A stretch of DNA of 64,000 bases from Thecamonas trahens ATCC 50062 (taxonomy: Eukaryota > Protista > Apusomonadida), in NCBI RefSeq assembly GCF_000142905.1, contig NW_013657642.1, positions 66,135 to 130,134 on the forward strand. The letters are read 5' to 3'. Below are positions 11,770-21,270 of this stretch, piece after piece (within the stretch, counting starts at the first letter, position 1; each line of letters opens with the position of its first letter). Position numbers and translations under genes: made by a program. The notes beneath the pieces were generated by a model. That model was not told the DNA's origin. It saw only the letters and a program-made list of their open reading frames with translations, and ran no database searches.

Positions 11770-14019
11770 TCAATCAATGGTCGACGAGACGGTGACTGCG
11801 GGTGGCGCCGGCTCTGGCTGACCGTCGGCGGCGTCGGCGTCGGTGGCACGAGATGGAGCGGCGGCTTTGGCGGCGTCGGTATCGACATTAGCCGTAGGAG
11901 GAGTGTCCGCGGCTGCCGCGCCCTTGCGGCGGCGACGGCGCTTCGACCCCTTGGTCCCGGCCTTCCCTGCCTTGCTCCCCGCCTTGCTCCCCGGGCTGCG
12001 CTTGGGTTTGGGCTTGCCGCCCGCCGAGCTGCGCTTGGTCTTGGACCTGGTCTTGGGCTTGCCACCGGCAGCAGAGCGCTTGGCCTTTGTCCGACGCTTC
12101 TTCTTGGGGCGCGGACCGGCAGCGTCGGCGGCGGCGGCGACGGCGGCGGCGGCTGGGCCCGAGTCGGTGAGGGTGGCAAGTAGCTGCTCCTGGTACTGCT
12201 GCTCCTTGACAGCAAGGCGGAGCTCGGCCTGCTCCTGGGCAAGGACGGCGCGCCACTCTTCGAGCTGCTCCTCAGAGTCGGCAGCGATGGCGTCGAGCTC
12301 GCGGCGGCACTTGTTGATCTTCTTGTCGAGCTTGACGCACGCGTCCTTTTCGCGCACGAGCCGCGACGTGATGTTGCGGTACCGGGTGTCCTTCTCCAGC
12401 TTCTTCTGGTTGATAGCCGAGGTCTTGGTGCGGACGTCGAGCTCGGCGGCCTCGCGCTCGGCAACCTTGTTGCGGACAGCGAGCTCGAGGTCTGCGATGT
12501 GCGCCTCCTGAGCAGCCTGCATGCGGTCGTACTGAGTGCGAAGGAGGGCCACGTCCGAGGCGGCGGCATCTCGGGCCTTGCCCTCGTCGGCCAGCTCTTC
12601 GAGCGTGTCCCACAGCCGCTCCTCCTCCGACTGGAGGGCGTGGATGCGCGAGGTGAAGCGGTCGACGGTGTGCGCCTTGTAGCGGGCCCGGTTCTCCTCA
12701 AGCGCGCGGCGGATCTCGGCAAACGACTTGTAGTCAAAGTCGTTGAGGTTGACGTCAAAGGTGAGAAGAGCCGAGTTGAACTTGACGGCTCGCGCCAACT
12801 CCTCGCCCGCGGGGTCGTAGAGAAAGTTGCACTTGAGCGAAAGGAACTGCAGGCGGGTGTTGTTGCGGATGGCGGCAGCAAATGCCTTGCCACCAGGATC
12901 AGTGATTGAGTTGTAGCCGACGTCGAGGTGGACGAGCGAGGTATTGGTCTTGAGCGCGGTCGCCAGCGCCCGCGCGCCGTCGTCGGCGAGCTGGTTGTGC
13001 GAGAGCGTGAGCTTGGTCATGGTTGTGTTGCGCCGGATGAGATCGCCAAGTGCGTGCGCGGCCTCAGGTCCGATGCTGTTGTCAGCCAACAGCAGCGAGC
13101 GGAGCTTGGCGTTGCGCTGCGCGGCCTGGGCGATCTTGGTCGCGCCTGCCGCCCCGAGCCGGTTGTGCTCGAGGTTGAGCGCGGTGAGCGAGCCGTTGTT
13201 CTCCACAGCCTCGCCCAGCGCCCGTCCGCCATACTCGCCGATGTTGTTCGACGAAAGGTCTAGGTCAGTGATGTTGTACGAGACCGAGATGTAGTCGGCG
13301 AGCGCCACCGCGCCGGTATCGCCGATGTCGTTCCGCTCGAGATGCAGGAGCGAGAGGACCGAGTCGCCGTCGCGGAGCGTGGCCGACAGCGCACTCGCGC
13401 CGTCCTTGCCGATGTTGTTCGAGCCGAGCTCAAGCTGCGCCAGCGACGAGTTGAGCGCCAGGCCGTCGGCCAGGGCGGCGACACCTTCGGGCCCGAGCCC
13501 GTTCTCCCGCAGCGAGATGCGATGAAGGACCCGGTTCGACCGCAGCGTCTGGCCAGCCATGCGTGCGCCCTTGATGCCGATGTGGTTCCGGTTCACACCC
13601 GAGACGCCGGACAAGTCGAGCGTGGTCACGGTGGCGTTGTGCAGCAGAGCGTCAAAGATGGCCACGCCGCCGGCCGGACCGATGTCGTTGGACCTCAGAT
13701 CAACGACCACCAGACCGGTGTTCGACCTCAGCATCTCGGCCAGAGCCTTTGCGCCGTCATCCTGAACAATGTTGCCCGACAAGTCAAGTCGATAAAACTG
13801 GCTGTCGTACAGCAGCGCAGCAGCCACCGCCGCAGCTCCGTTCATGCCCAGACCCGAGTTGGCCAAGGAGAAGACGCCGTTGGCACATCGCTTGCGGAGG
13901 ACGGCCGTGAACCGCGCCTCACGCGCCGCAGACGGCGCAAGCTGAAGGTCGTCTGCCTTGGCGAGGTAAATATCACGTGCGTCTTCTGCAGAGAGGCTTC
14001 CCCCACCTGCTGTCGACAT
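11770..14019 (-). CDS. RNI-like (NLRC3-type) leucine-rich-repeat protein with C-terminal coiled coil and basic tail
   Basis: More than ten 28-aa repeats LxxLxLxxNxIGxxGAxALAxAL followed by a heptad-rich region. Confidence 0.88.
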   Translation of the reverse strand: MSTAGGGSLSAEDARDIYLAKADDLQLAPSAAREARFTAVLRKRCANGVFSLANSGLGMNGAAAVAAALLYDSQFYRLDLSGNIVQDDGAKALAEMLRSNTGLVVVDLRSNDIGPAGGVAIFDALLHNATVTTLDLSGVSGVNRNHIGIKGARMAGQTLRSNRVLHRISLRENGLGPEGVAALADGLALNSSLAQLELGSNNIGKDGASALSATLRDGDSVLSLLHLERNDIGDTGAVALADYISVSYNITDLDLSSNNIGEYGGRALGEAVENNGSLTALNLEHNRLGAAGATKIAQAAQRNAKLRSLLLADNSIGPEAAHALGDLIRRNTTMTKLTLSHNQLADDGARALATALKTNTSLVHLDVGYNSITDPGGKAFAAAIRNNTRLQFLSLKCNFLYDPAGEELARAVKFNSALLTFDVNLNDFDYKSFAEIRRALEENRARYKAHTVDRFTSRIHALQSEEERLWDTLEELADEGKARDAAASDVALLRTQYDRMQAAQEAHIADLELAVRNKVAEREAAELDVRTKTSAINQKKLEKDTRYRNITSRLVREKDACVKLDKKINKCRRELDAIAADSEEQLEEWRAVLAQEQAELRLAVKEQQYQEQLLATLTDSGPAAAAVAAAADAAGPRPKKKRRTKAKRSAAGGKPKTRSKTKRSSAGGKPKPKRSPGSKAGSKAGKAGTKGSKRRRRRKGAAAADTPPTANVDTDAAKAAAPSRATDADAADGQPEPAPPAVTVSSTID

Positions 14020-14487
14020 GGTGCGGGGTGGGGAGGGGGAGGGGGGGTGGGGGGGGTGGGGGGGTGAGGGGTGGGGTGTGGCACCATGCGGTGGCTAACG
14101 AATAATGAATGGGGGACAATGGTTGAATGGCGGTGAGAAGGAATTGGGTCAGCTGAGAAGGAATGGGCTGTTGGTGGCAGCCTCGGCTGTAGGTCTGGCC
14201 AGACCAGCTCCTCGGCCATTCTGTCAACAATAATGTCAGTCGTTGGTCGTGTAGCCATGCATCGCCCCCCCGATAGACCAGCGAAGCGCAACCTTGTGGT
14301 CCACGATCGGTTCACTTGCAGTGGCTGGACTCTCTCAGAGTCTGGGACGGGGACAGTGTCCGATGGCCATCAGTTGGAGTTGGGTCGTGAGGTTGGTTGG
14401 TGAGGATGATCGGCTGGTGGTCATGGCTTGGCCCTTCGACCATCAACTGACTGTGGTGGTTGGCTGCCTGTGAGTTAGGCTTTGCCA

Positions 14488-14935
14488 GCTGATCGGTCAC
14501 CTGATCGGCCAGCTGATCGGTCACCTGATCCCCCCCCCATCGGTCGCCTTGCCGGTCTGCTGGGCGGCCAGCTGGTCGGTCACCTGATCCCCCCCCCCCC
14601 CCCCATCGGTCGTCTTGCCGGTCTGCTGGTCGGTCACCTGATCGGTCACCTGATCGGTCACCTGATCGGTCACCTGATCGGTCGCCTGGACGGTCGCCTG
14701 ATCGGTCACCTGATCCCCCCCCATCGGTCGCCTTGCCGGTCTGCTGATCGGCCAGCTGGTCGGTTGCCTGATCGGTCACCTGATCGGTCGCCTGGTCGGT
14801 CACCTGATCGGTCGCCTGATCGGTCGCCTGGTCGGTCACCTGGTCGGTCACCTGGTCGGTCACCTGGTCGGTCGCCTGATCGGTCGCCTGATCGGTCGCC
14901 TGATCGGTCGCCTGGTCGGTCCCTCTATCGGTCGC
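14488..14935. repeat. 12-bp minisatellite (TG[A/G]TCGGTC[A/G]CC) with three interspersed poly-C-containing units
   Basis: Many near-identical 12-mers; unit GATC(C)nATCGGTCG[C/T]CTTGCCGGTCTGCTG at about 14527, 14586 and 14712. Confidence 0.92.
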
Positions 14936-15027
14936 CTCGTCAGCCGGCTGGGCGGCCGGCTGGGCGGCACTTGGCGCGCACGGCGAAGGGGCACACACGA
15001 CTCACCCACACCCCCATACACACACGC

Positions 15028-18000
15028 ATGGAAAGGCACGCGGCACTCATTGCCGCCACCCGTGGCGATGGTGCGTTTTCTGTTCCTGCGCTGGACGCTG
15101 TTGTCCGCGACCTGTTCGAGCCGTCGGCGGCCGAGCCCGAGCTGGCTGCCTCGGCCAACCAGGCACTGCTGGCCTTCCAGGCCTGGCCGGGCGCATGGCA
15201 GACTGTGCCGGACATTGTCGACTCGACCGAGTACAGCCCAACTCGGGCCATTGCTCTTGCTCTCCTTGACGATGCCATCGCCAACCCGCTCTTTGCCCGC
15301 CTCGTCCCGCTCCATCAGTGGGAGGCCATCGCCTCGTGGCTCACCGCCTTTCTCGCCGCTGCCGTCGCTGCCGCTGATGGCGCAAAGGCGGCCGCTGCAG
15401 ACGCCACGCGCGCTGCGCTTGCTGCAGACACTGCAGGCTCGGATCCGGCCGGGGAAGCTGCCGACGCCGCCGACGATGCCCGCGATGCCGCTGCTGAGAC
15501 CTCTGCCCTGGCCGCCAAGGCTGCTTCCATGGTCGTCACCCTCGCCGTCAACAAGCTCTGGCCGGCGCACTGGCCGGGCCTGGTCACCGAGCTGGTCCAA
15601 GGCGCCGCATCCTCGCGCCTTGCTGCAGTCACCAATCTTGGCATTCTTGCCGATCTCGCCTCCGCCGTCGTCGCTGTCCTCGCTCCGGGCTCAGCGCGCA
15701 TCGGCTCTAAGGCTGCCCCGCCCGTCGTCAACGCCGACCGTCGCGCCGCGCTTGCCCACCAGCTTGAGCTCGACTTTCCGGTCATTGTCCATCTCGCCAT
15801 CGAGGCCGCCGCCACGCCCGACGACGAGCTCTCGCTCGCTGCCCTCGCTGCCCTTGCCTCGTTTGCAGAGTGGATGCCGCCTGCGCTCGCCCTCTCCAGC
15901 CAGCTGTTGGACACCCTCATGTCGGCTGCCGCCTGCCCTACACCCCAGCTGGCCGCTGCCGCTGCGGCCTCGGCCTCGCGCCGTGGCCTCCGGCACGCCT
16001 GGCTTGCCCTCGTCGCTCTCGCGCGTCTTGGCGATGCCACCGCAAAGCGTGCGGCGCAAACCGAGACCGACATTACCCTCGTTCGCGCCGCCTCCGACGG
16101 CCTTGAGCCCGAGCTCCAGCCAGCGCTGGTCGAAGCGCTGCTTGCTGCCGTCGCCAAGGCCCTCCCGCCGGCGGCCGATCTGCCGCAGTGGGTCGAGGCT
16201 GCGCCGGCTGTGGTCGTCCACATGGCGAGCCTTGCATCGGCCTTTATTGTGCGCACCACAGAGTTTGTCGCCGACGCTGCCAGCTGTGACGCAATTGCTC
16301 AGCGAGTCACCGCCGTCCACGGCTCGGCTGACGTCCTCACCGATGCCCTTGTCGCTGCCGCCACGTTCCTGGCTGCTGCCGTCACCGCCGGTCTCACCCT
16401 CCTCCGCGACGCGGCCGCCGCTAGCCTCGACGACGACGACACCGCCGCCGTCGGCTCGCTCGTTGTCGAGGCCGCCGCTGGCCTGCCTCCCGCCATCGCC
16501 GGCTGTGCTCCGCTCGGCCTCGACTCGCTGCTCCCGAACCCGCCCGCAGGCCGCCTCCTTACCGCACTCCTCACCGCTGCGCCGCAGCCCGACGGACCAG
16601 CGCTTGCGCCGCCTGCTTCGCACGCAGAGTCGTGGACCCTCCTCTCGCCACCGCTCTCGGGGAGCTACGAGCTCTCGCTTGCGCCAGCTGTAGCCTCGGT
16701 AACGATGGCGCTCGCAGAGAGCCGCAACACCGGCGAGGTGCTTGCGGCAGCGTCGGTGGCCATAGGCTCTGGCGAGCCGGACGCGGTTGTCCGGCTCGCG
16801 TGGGCCTTCACCTCGCTCGCCCCATCGGCGCCGTCGTCGGCTCTTGCCGCCCTCCTCGGTGTCCTCGCCCAGCTCGAGTGTCCGCCGCTGGACTCGGACT
16901 CGCACGCGCGGGTTTACTTTCTCGCCTCGCTCCTTCCAGCGTGGTGCGTCGCGAGCGAGAGCCTCGGTGCCCCGGGTACGGTAGCTGTCGAGCTTGCTCA
17001 CTTTGCCACTGATGCGGCGTCATCGGCAGGTGCGGCAGGCCTCGCGCCGCTGATTCGCATCGTCGCCTCTGCCGCCGCCAAGCTCAGCCACATCTCGTTC
17101 GACGCCGCCAGCCCGGTCCTCGTCGAGGCTTGGCTAACCCTAGCAGGCGCGCTGGTCCCCGCCACGGCGTCGTGGCCGCCACCCCAGGGCGCGCACATAC
17201 TGCGCGACGCCTACTTTGACATTGTCGCTGCACTTTGTCGCGCCGCAAGCGACGCCGGCGCCGACGAGGTCCGCGACGAGTTTCTAGCCGCCATCGACCA
17301 CATGCTCCTTCAGCCCATCGATGTTGACGCGCTCACGGCCGCCCTCGCCGACCGCGAGCTCCCGGGCGTGCTCTCGGCTGTCATGCACCTCGCCGAGCTA
17401 CATGCAGTGCTGGCGCGCGCGCTCGGCATCCACTACGCCGCGCTCTTTGAAGCCTACGCCGCTCCACTCACCAACCTCGCCCTCGGCCTCCACGGCCGGG
17501 TCGTCGACGCCGCTGCCTCCGGCTCGGTCGACGAAGCCATCGGCTCGGTCATGGCAGTTCGCTCGCTGCTCCGTGGCCTTGATGCAGGCCTCCGCGTAGT
17601 GCCGGCTGGCTTGCTCGCCTCGCCAGACCTGGTCTGGGGCGTGCTCGGCGAGCTGGTCGCCGTCTTTGCCGACGCCCCGGTCAACGCGCTTCTGCCCGAG
17701 CTCCTTGCGCCGATCGCCGCCATTGTCACCCGTGCCGGCGACTCACTCACACCCGACATGGTGTCCGCTGTTGCCGAGGGTGTCCTCGCCCGCGGCGCGA
17801 TCCTCATTGGCGAAGACACCAGCTCGCTCCCAGAGCTCCGTCTGCCGCTCTTTGAGCTCGCTGGTAAGCTTCTGGCTGGCTGCATGGCCGCTCTCGACGA
17901 TGGCGGCGTAGCCGCCGGCATCGAGCTCGGCCTCTGGGCCACCCGGCACGCTCACCAGCCAGCGCTGATCAAGGTTGGTCTCAAAGGGCTCGCCTCGGGC

Positions 18001-18471
18001 GTCCGCGCCCTCGCTGGAGACAACGGTGAGGGCATCGGCTCGGAGCGCATGCTCGCGTTTGCGCAGGCGTTCTGGGATAGGTTGTGGAACGATGGGCTCG
18101 TCGTCGTATTTAACGCGCGTAACAGGAGCGAGCTCGCCGCGGCGCTCCCGCTCCTCGACACGCTCCTTGCTGTCGCCGGCACCGTCGGCTCGGATTGGCC
18201 GGCGGTGTCGGCGACTCCGGAGGCCACCAAGCTCGCCGAAGCGCGAACTCTCCCCGCGGCTGCCGAAGACGGCGCGCTGGTGGACGGCTCGCTCGCCCGC
18301 CACATGTATGCCGGCGCCGTCGAGCTTGTGGCATCAACCTTTGACTACCTCGGCGACGAGGACATGGCGACTGTCGGTCAGCTCGCGCTCGCACTCTTTG
18401 ACGCCGACACGGCGCTAGAGACTACGCTGCGAGCGCTGCACGAGGGCGTCAAGCTCAAAGCGCTTGCGTGA
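15028..18471 (+). CDS. Highly divergent exportin-1 (CRM1/XPO1)-like karyopherin
   Basis: FSVPALDAVVRDLF...ANQALLAFQAWPGAWQTVPDIV (IBN_N-like); LWPAHWPGLVTELVQGAASS...NLGILADL (Xpo1 domain); LPELLAPIAAIV...IGEDTSSLPELRLPLFEL (CRM1_C-like). Confidence 0.75.
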   Translation: MERHAALIAATRGDGAFSVPALDAVVRDLFEPSAAEPELAASANQALLAFQAWPGAWQTVPDIVDSTEYSPTRAIALALLDDAIANPLFARLVPLHQWEAIASWLTAFLAAAVAAADGAKAAAADATRAALAADTAGSDPAGEAADAADDARDAAAETSALAAKAASMVVTLAVNKLWPAHWPGLVTELVQGAASSRLAAVTNLGILADLASAVVAVLAPGSARIGSKAAPPVVNADRRAALAHQLELDFPVIVHLAIEAAATPDDELSLAALAALASFAEWMPPALALSSQLLDTLMSAAACPTPQLAAAAAASASRRGLRHAWLALVALARLGDATAKRAAQTETDITLVRAASDGLEPELQPALVEALLAAVAKALPPAADLPQWVEAAPAVVVHMASLASAFIVRTTEFVADAASCDAIAQRVTAVHGSADVLTDALVAAATFLAAAVTAGLTLLRDAAAASLDDDDTAAVGSLVVEAAAGLPPAIAGCAPLGLDSLLPNPPAGRLLTALLTAAPQPDGPALAPPASHAESWTLLSPPLSGSYELSLAPAVASVTMALAESRNTGEVLAAASVAIGSGEPDAVVRLAWAFTSLAPSAPSSALAALLGVLAQLECPPLDSDSHARVYFLASLLPAWCVASESLGAPGTVAVELAHFATDAASSAGAAGLAPLIRIVASAAAKLSHISFDAASPVLVEAWLTLAGALVPATASWPPPQGAHILRDAYFDIVAALCRAASDAGADEVRDEFLAAIDHMLLQPIDVDALTAALADRELPGVLSAVMHLAELHAVLARALGIHYAALFEAYAAPLTNLALGLHGRVVDAAASGSVDEAIGSVMAVRSLLRGLDAGLRVVPAGLLASPDLVWGVLGELVAVFADAPVNALLPELLAPIAAIVTRAGDSLTPDMVSAVAEGVLARGAILIGEDTSSLPELRLPLFELAGKLLAGCMAALDDGGVAAGIELGLWATRHAHQPALIKVGLKGLASGVRALAGDNGEGIGSERMLAFAQAFWDRLWNDGLVVVFNARNRSELAAALPLLDTLLAVAGTVGSDWPAVSATPEATKLAEARTLPAAAEDGALVDGSLARHMYAGAVELVASTFDYLGDEDMATVGQLALALFDADTALETTLRALHEGVKLKALA

Positions 18472-18477
18472 GGTGCG

Positions 18478-21042
18478 TTACGACGAAATCGATGAGTCTG
18501 AGACAGAGTCGTAGGTGTAGTACGCCTCGATGCCCGAGTCCTCGTCCGAGGCCGCAGCGGGGACAAGCGCACCAGCGCGCCGCAGACGGGTCTCGTTGTG
18601 CTCGCCGTAGCGTGGGCCGCGCCAGAGCGGAAGGACCTGATGGCCCTTGTGCGAGCGGAACTGCCTGCGGAAGACGCCGTCGGCACCCGAGTCCGAGGTA
18701 AATGATGAGTACGACGACTTGTCGGCCGGAGACTGGAAGATCTCGGCCGTGGTGTCGTCGAGGACGCCAAGAAGAGTGGCAAAGAACGCGAGGCCGACCA
18801 TGATGTACAGGCAGACAAAGATCTTGGACGGCGTCGAGTTGGGCACAATCTCGCCGTAGCCAATGGTCGAGAGAGTGACTACCGAAAAGTATACCGCAGT
18901 CCCATACTCACCCGACTGCTGGATCGGTGGATCCTGCAGCTCCATGAAGATGGCGGCACCAACAAGATTGAGGATGACAAAGGCGAGCGTCATGACCAGA
19001 ACCTTGGTGGCAAGCCGCGCGACCTTGCGCCGCCACACTGCCCGCACCGCGGCCTTTTCCTCGTCCTCGGCCCGCTGGATGGCACGGATGGCGGCGATGG
19101 CGCCGGCAGCCGCCTTGCTGGACTTAAATCTTGGCGCCGCGGCGCTCGATCCACTCTCACCCGCTTCCCCGCTTTCCGATGTCGGCGTAAAGCCTGACGC
19201 CGACGACAGACACGGGCTTCTCGAGCCCGAGTCAGAGTACGATTCGTGCTGCTCGTCATAGGTAGAATCGGGCGGGGCCTCCGAGTCGGCGACCTTGAGC
19301 GAGCGCTCAAAGTCGCGGATGCGGGCGTCGCGCTTCTCCTGCAGCTCAAACTGGGCCTCGTCGACCTTGGACTTGGAGATGATGGCGATGGTAATGGAGA
19401 CAATGAAGGTGCCGAGGACCGAGTAAACAATGACAAAGCCCTTGGTCCCGTCGTTGGTCGGCACAAAGTCGCCGTAGCCGACTTGCGAGAGGGTGATGAA
19501 GCAAAAGTACACGCCGTCACCCCAGGTCCACTCAGGCTCGTTGAGGTAAATGAGCGAGCCGAGGAGGACTGAGACGGCGAGGACGGCGACGGCGGCCATC
19601 ATGTGGCGAAAGAATATGCCCGATGGGCCATACCAACACGCGCAGCACGGCCGTGAAGCGGCGCGGTTGTTGGCCGCGTCGATGTCGTCCTGGGTCAGCT
19701 TGCCGTGCAGCGCGTCGGCCGACGTCACGTACGAGGCTGCCGTCCGGGTGAGGATGGCGTTGGAGACGACGCCGATGGCGTAACCGCGCGCGGCAAGGCC
19801 AAGAACGGTAAAGGGGATGAAGAGTAGCCGCGAGTTGTCCTTGGTGGGTGCAAAGTCGCCAAAGCCAACGGCGTTGACGGTGACAAACGCCCAATAGATG
19901 CCGTCAAAGTAGCGCCAGTCCTCGATGAAAGAAAAGATGGCGCCGCCGATGAGGACCGAAGCTGCCGAGAAGAGGACTGCCATGGTCGGCTCGAGCGCGT
20001 TGGAGACGAGTGAAGAGAGCAGTTGGCGGCCGGCATAATCGTCCATGACCGGCAAGTTGACCGCGCCGATGACCACGACCTCGATGCACGAGGTGCCCGG
20101 TAGGCAGCGGGCCGAGAGGTGAAGGGTGGGCGGTCCGGTAGTGAGCGGCTCGATGTCATCATCAAGCACAATGCGAGCCTCAAAGTCGCGCCACTCGGGC
20201 GCAACGTCGGCGACGGCGAGAAAGGCAAAGCCGATGCGGTCGTCGGCGTTGGCCACGTCGTAGTCGAGCACTTCAAACTCAAGGATCAGCCCCGCATCGT
20301 CAAAGGCTGGTGCCGCCTCGTGCTGCTGGACGGCTAGAGCGTCGGTGTCGACGACCCACACCTGATTCCACAGCGGATGGAGCGAGCGCGGGACGACGGG
20401 TGTTTTGTATGCGTGGCGGGCGCAGGGCGAGCACCACTCGAACCGCGGCAGGCAGCACGGGCCACCAGGCATGGCACAGCCATTGCGGCCTGCACATGCC
20501 ACAGGCTCGTTCCGCAGCTGGACATAAGGATCGGCGGTGCCTGCCTCGGCGAGGCGGGCAACAACATTGTTGACGCGACGAGCAGAGGCATCGGCAATGA
20601 TGGTGATGAGTAGCGAGAGAATAGCCAGGCCAAGCATGCCTACAAAGACGACTGTGGCCTGGCCACCAGCAGAGGTGGGGAAGATATCACCGTAGCCAAC
20701 CGTGGTAAGTGTGGCCCAGGTAAAGTAGATGGCATCGAGAGTGGAGAGGTCCTCAAAGTTGGCGACGAGTGCGGCGGCAATGACGACGACAGCGACGAGT
20801 GTGACGACAAAGATGATACGCTTGCGGTAGAAGGGTGTATGACGAGCATCATGATGGCGATGTACACCATGGATGTGTCTGTGATGGAAGTGGAACTCTC
20901 CATCAGCATCCACATACTCATCGTAGGCTGACGAGTACGAGCACGAGAACGACGACACTCCGCCCAGCCTGCTCTGCTGTCGGCTCTTGTGACCGCCCTG
21001 CATCAGCGCCTTGGCTGCTCCGTAGTTCTGGTACCACGCCAT
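18478..21042 (-). CDS. Potassium channel with four tandem 2TM/pore modules and an inserted C2 domain
   Basis: Filters TVGYGD (20686-20703), AVGFGD (19855-19872), QVGYGD (19468-19485), TIGYGE (18850-18867), each flanked by TM helices, in one uninterrupted 854-aa frame. Confidence 0.9.
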   Translation of the reverse strand: MAWYQNYGAAKALMQGGHKSRQQSRLGGVSSFSCSYSSAYDEYVDADGEFHFHHRHIHGVHRHHDARHTPFYRKRIIFVVTLVAVVVIAAALVANFEDLSTLDAIYFTWATLTTVGYGDIFPTSAGGQATVVFVGMLGLAILSLLITIIADASARRVNNVVARLAEAGTADPYVQLRNEPVACAGRNGCAMPGGPCCLPRFEWCSPCARHAYKTPVVPRSLHPLWNQVWVVDTDALAVQQHEAAPAFDDAGLILEFEVLDYDVANADDRIGFAFLAVADVAPEWRDFEARIVLDDDIEPLTTGPPTLHLSARCLPGTSCIEVVVIGAVNLPVMDDYAGRQLLSSLVSNALEPTMAVLFSAASVLIGGAIFSFIEDWRYFDGIYWAFVTVNAVGFGDFAPTKDNSRLLFIPFTVLGLAARGYAIGVVSNAILTRTAASYVTSADALHGKLTQDDIDAANNRAASRPCCACWYGPSGIFFRHMMAAVAVLAVSVLLGSLIYLNEPEWTWGDGVYFCFITLSQVGYGDFVPTNDGTKGFVIVYSVLGTFIVSITIAIISKSKVDEAQFELQEKRDARIRDFERSLKVADSEAPPDSTYDEQHESYSDSGSRSPCLSSASGFTPTSESGEAGESGSSAAAPRFKSSKAAAGAIAAIRAIQRAEDEEKAAVRAVWRRKVARLATKVLVMTLAFVILNLVGAAIFMELQDPPIQQSGEYGTAVYFSVVTLSTIGYGEIVPNSTPSKIFVCLYIMVGLAFFATLLGVLDDTTAEIFQSPADKSSYSSFTSDSGADGVFRRQFRSHKGHQVLPLWRGPRYGEHNETRLRRAGALVPAAASDEDSGIEAYYTYDSVSDSSISS

Positions 21043-21270
21043 GGTGGTGGTGGGGTGGGTAAGGTGGGTGTGGGTGGGTGTGGGTGGGTGGGGGTAGCCC
21101 CGGAGGGGGGGGGGGGGGGGCGGACAAGCGACGATGGTGTCTGTCTGGCAAAGTGCCAAGTGCCGATCCCGTCCCAGCCGTCCGTTGCCTGGCAGCCCAC
21201 AACCACAGCCTCCTCCTCCCCCTTCTATACAACATACCATCTGACTCTGCAGTAGGTGGCCTCTACGAGC

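Noticed and set aside
14488-14935. CRISPR-like array
   Set aside because: Repeats are contiguous 12-mers with no unique spacers; no cas genes; eukaryotic context
14482-15027. N-terminal extension of the 1329-aa ORF
   Set aside because: Non-ATG start running through the minisatellite; CRM1 similarity starts at ATG 15028
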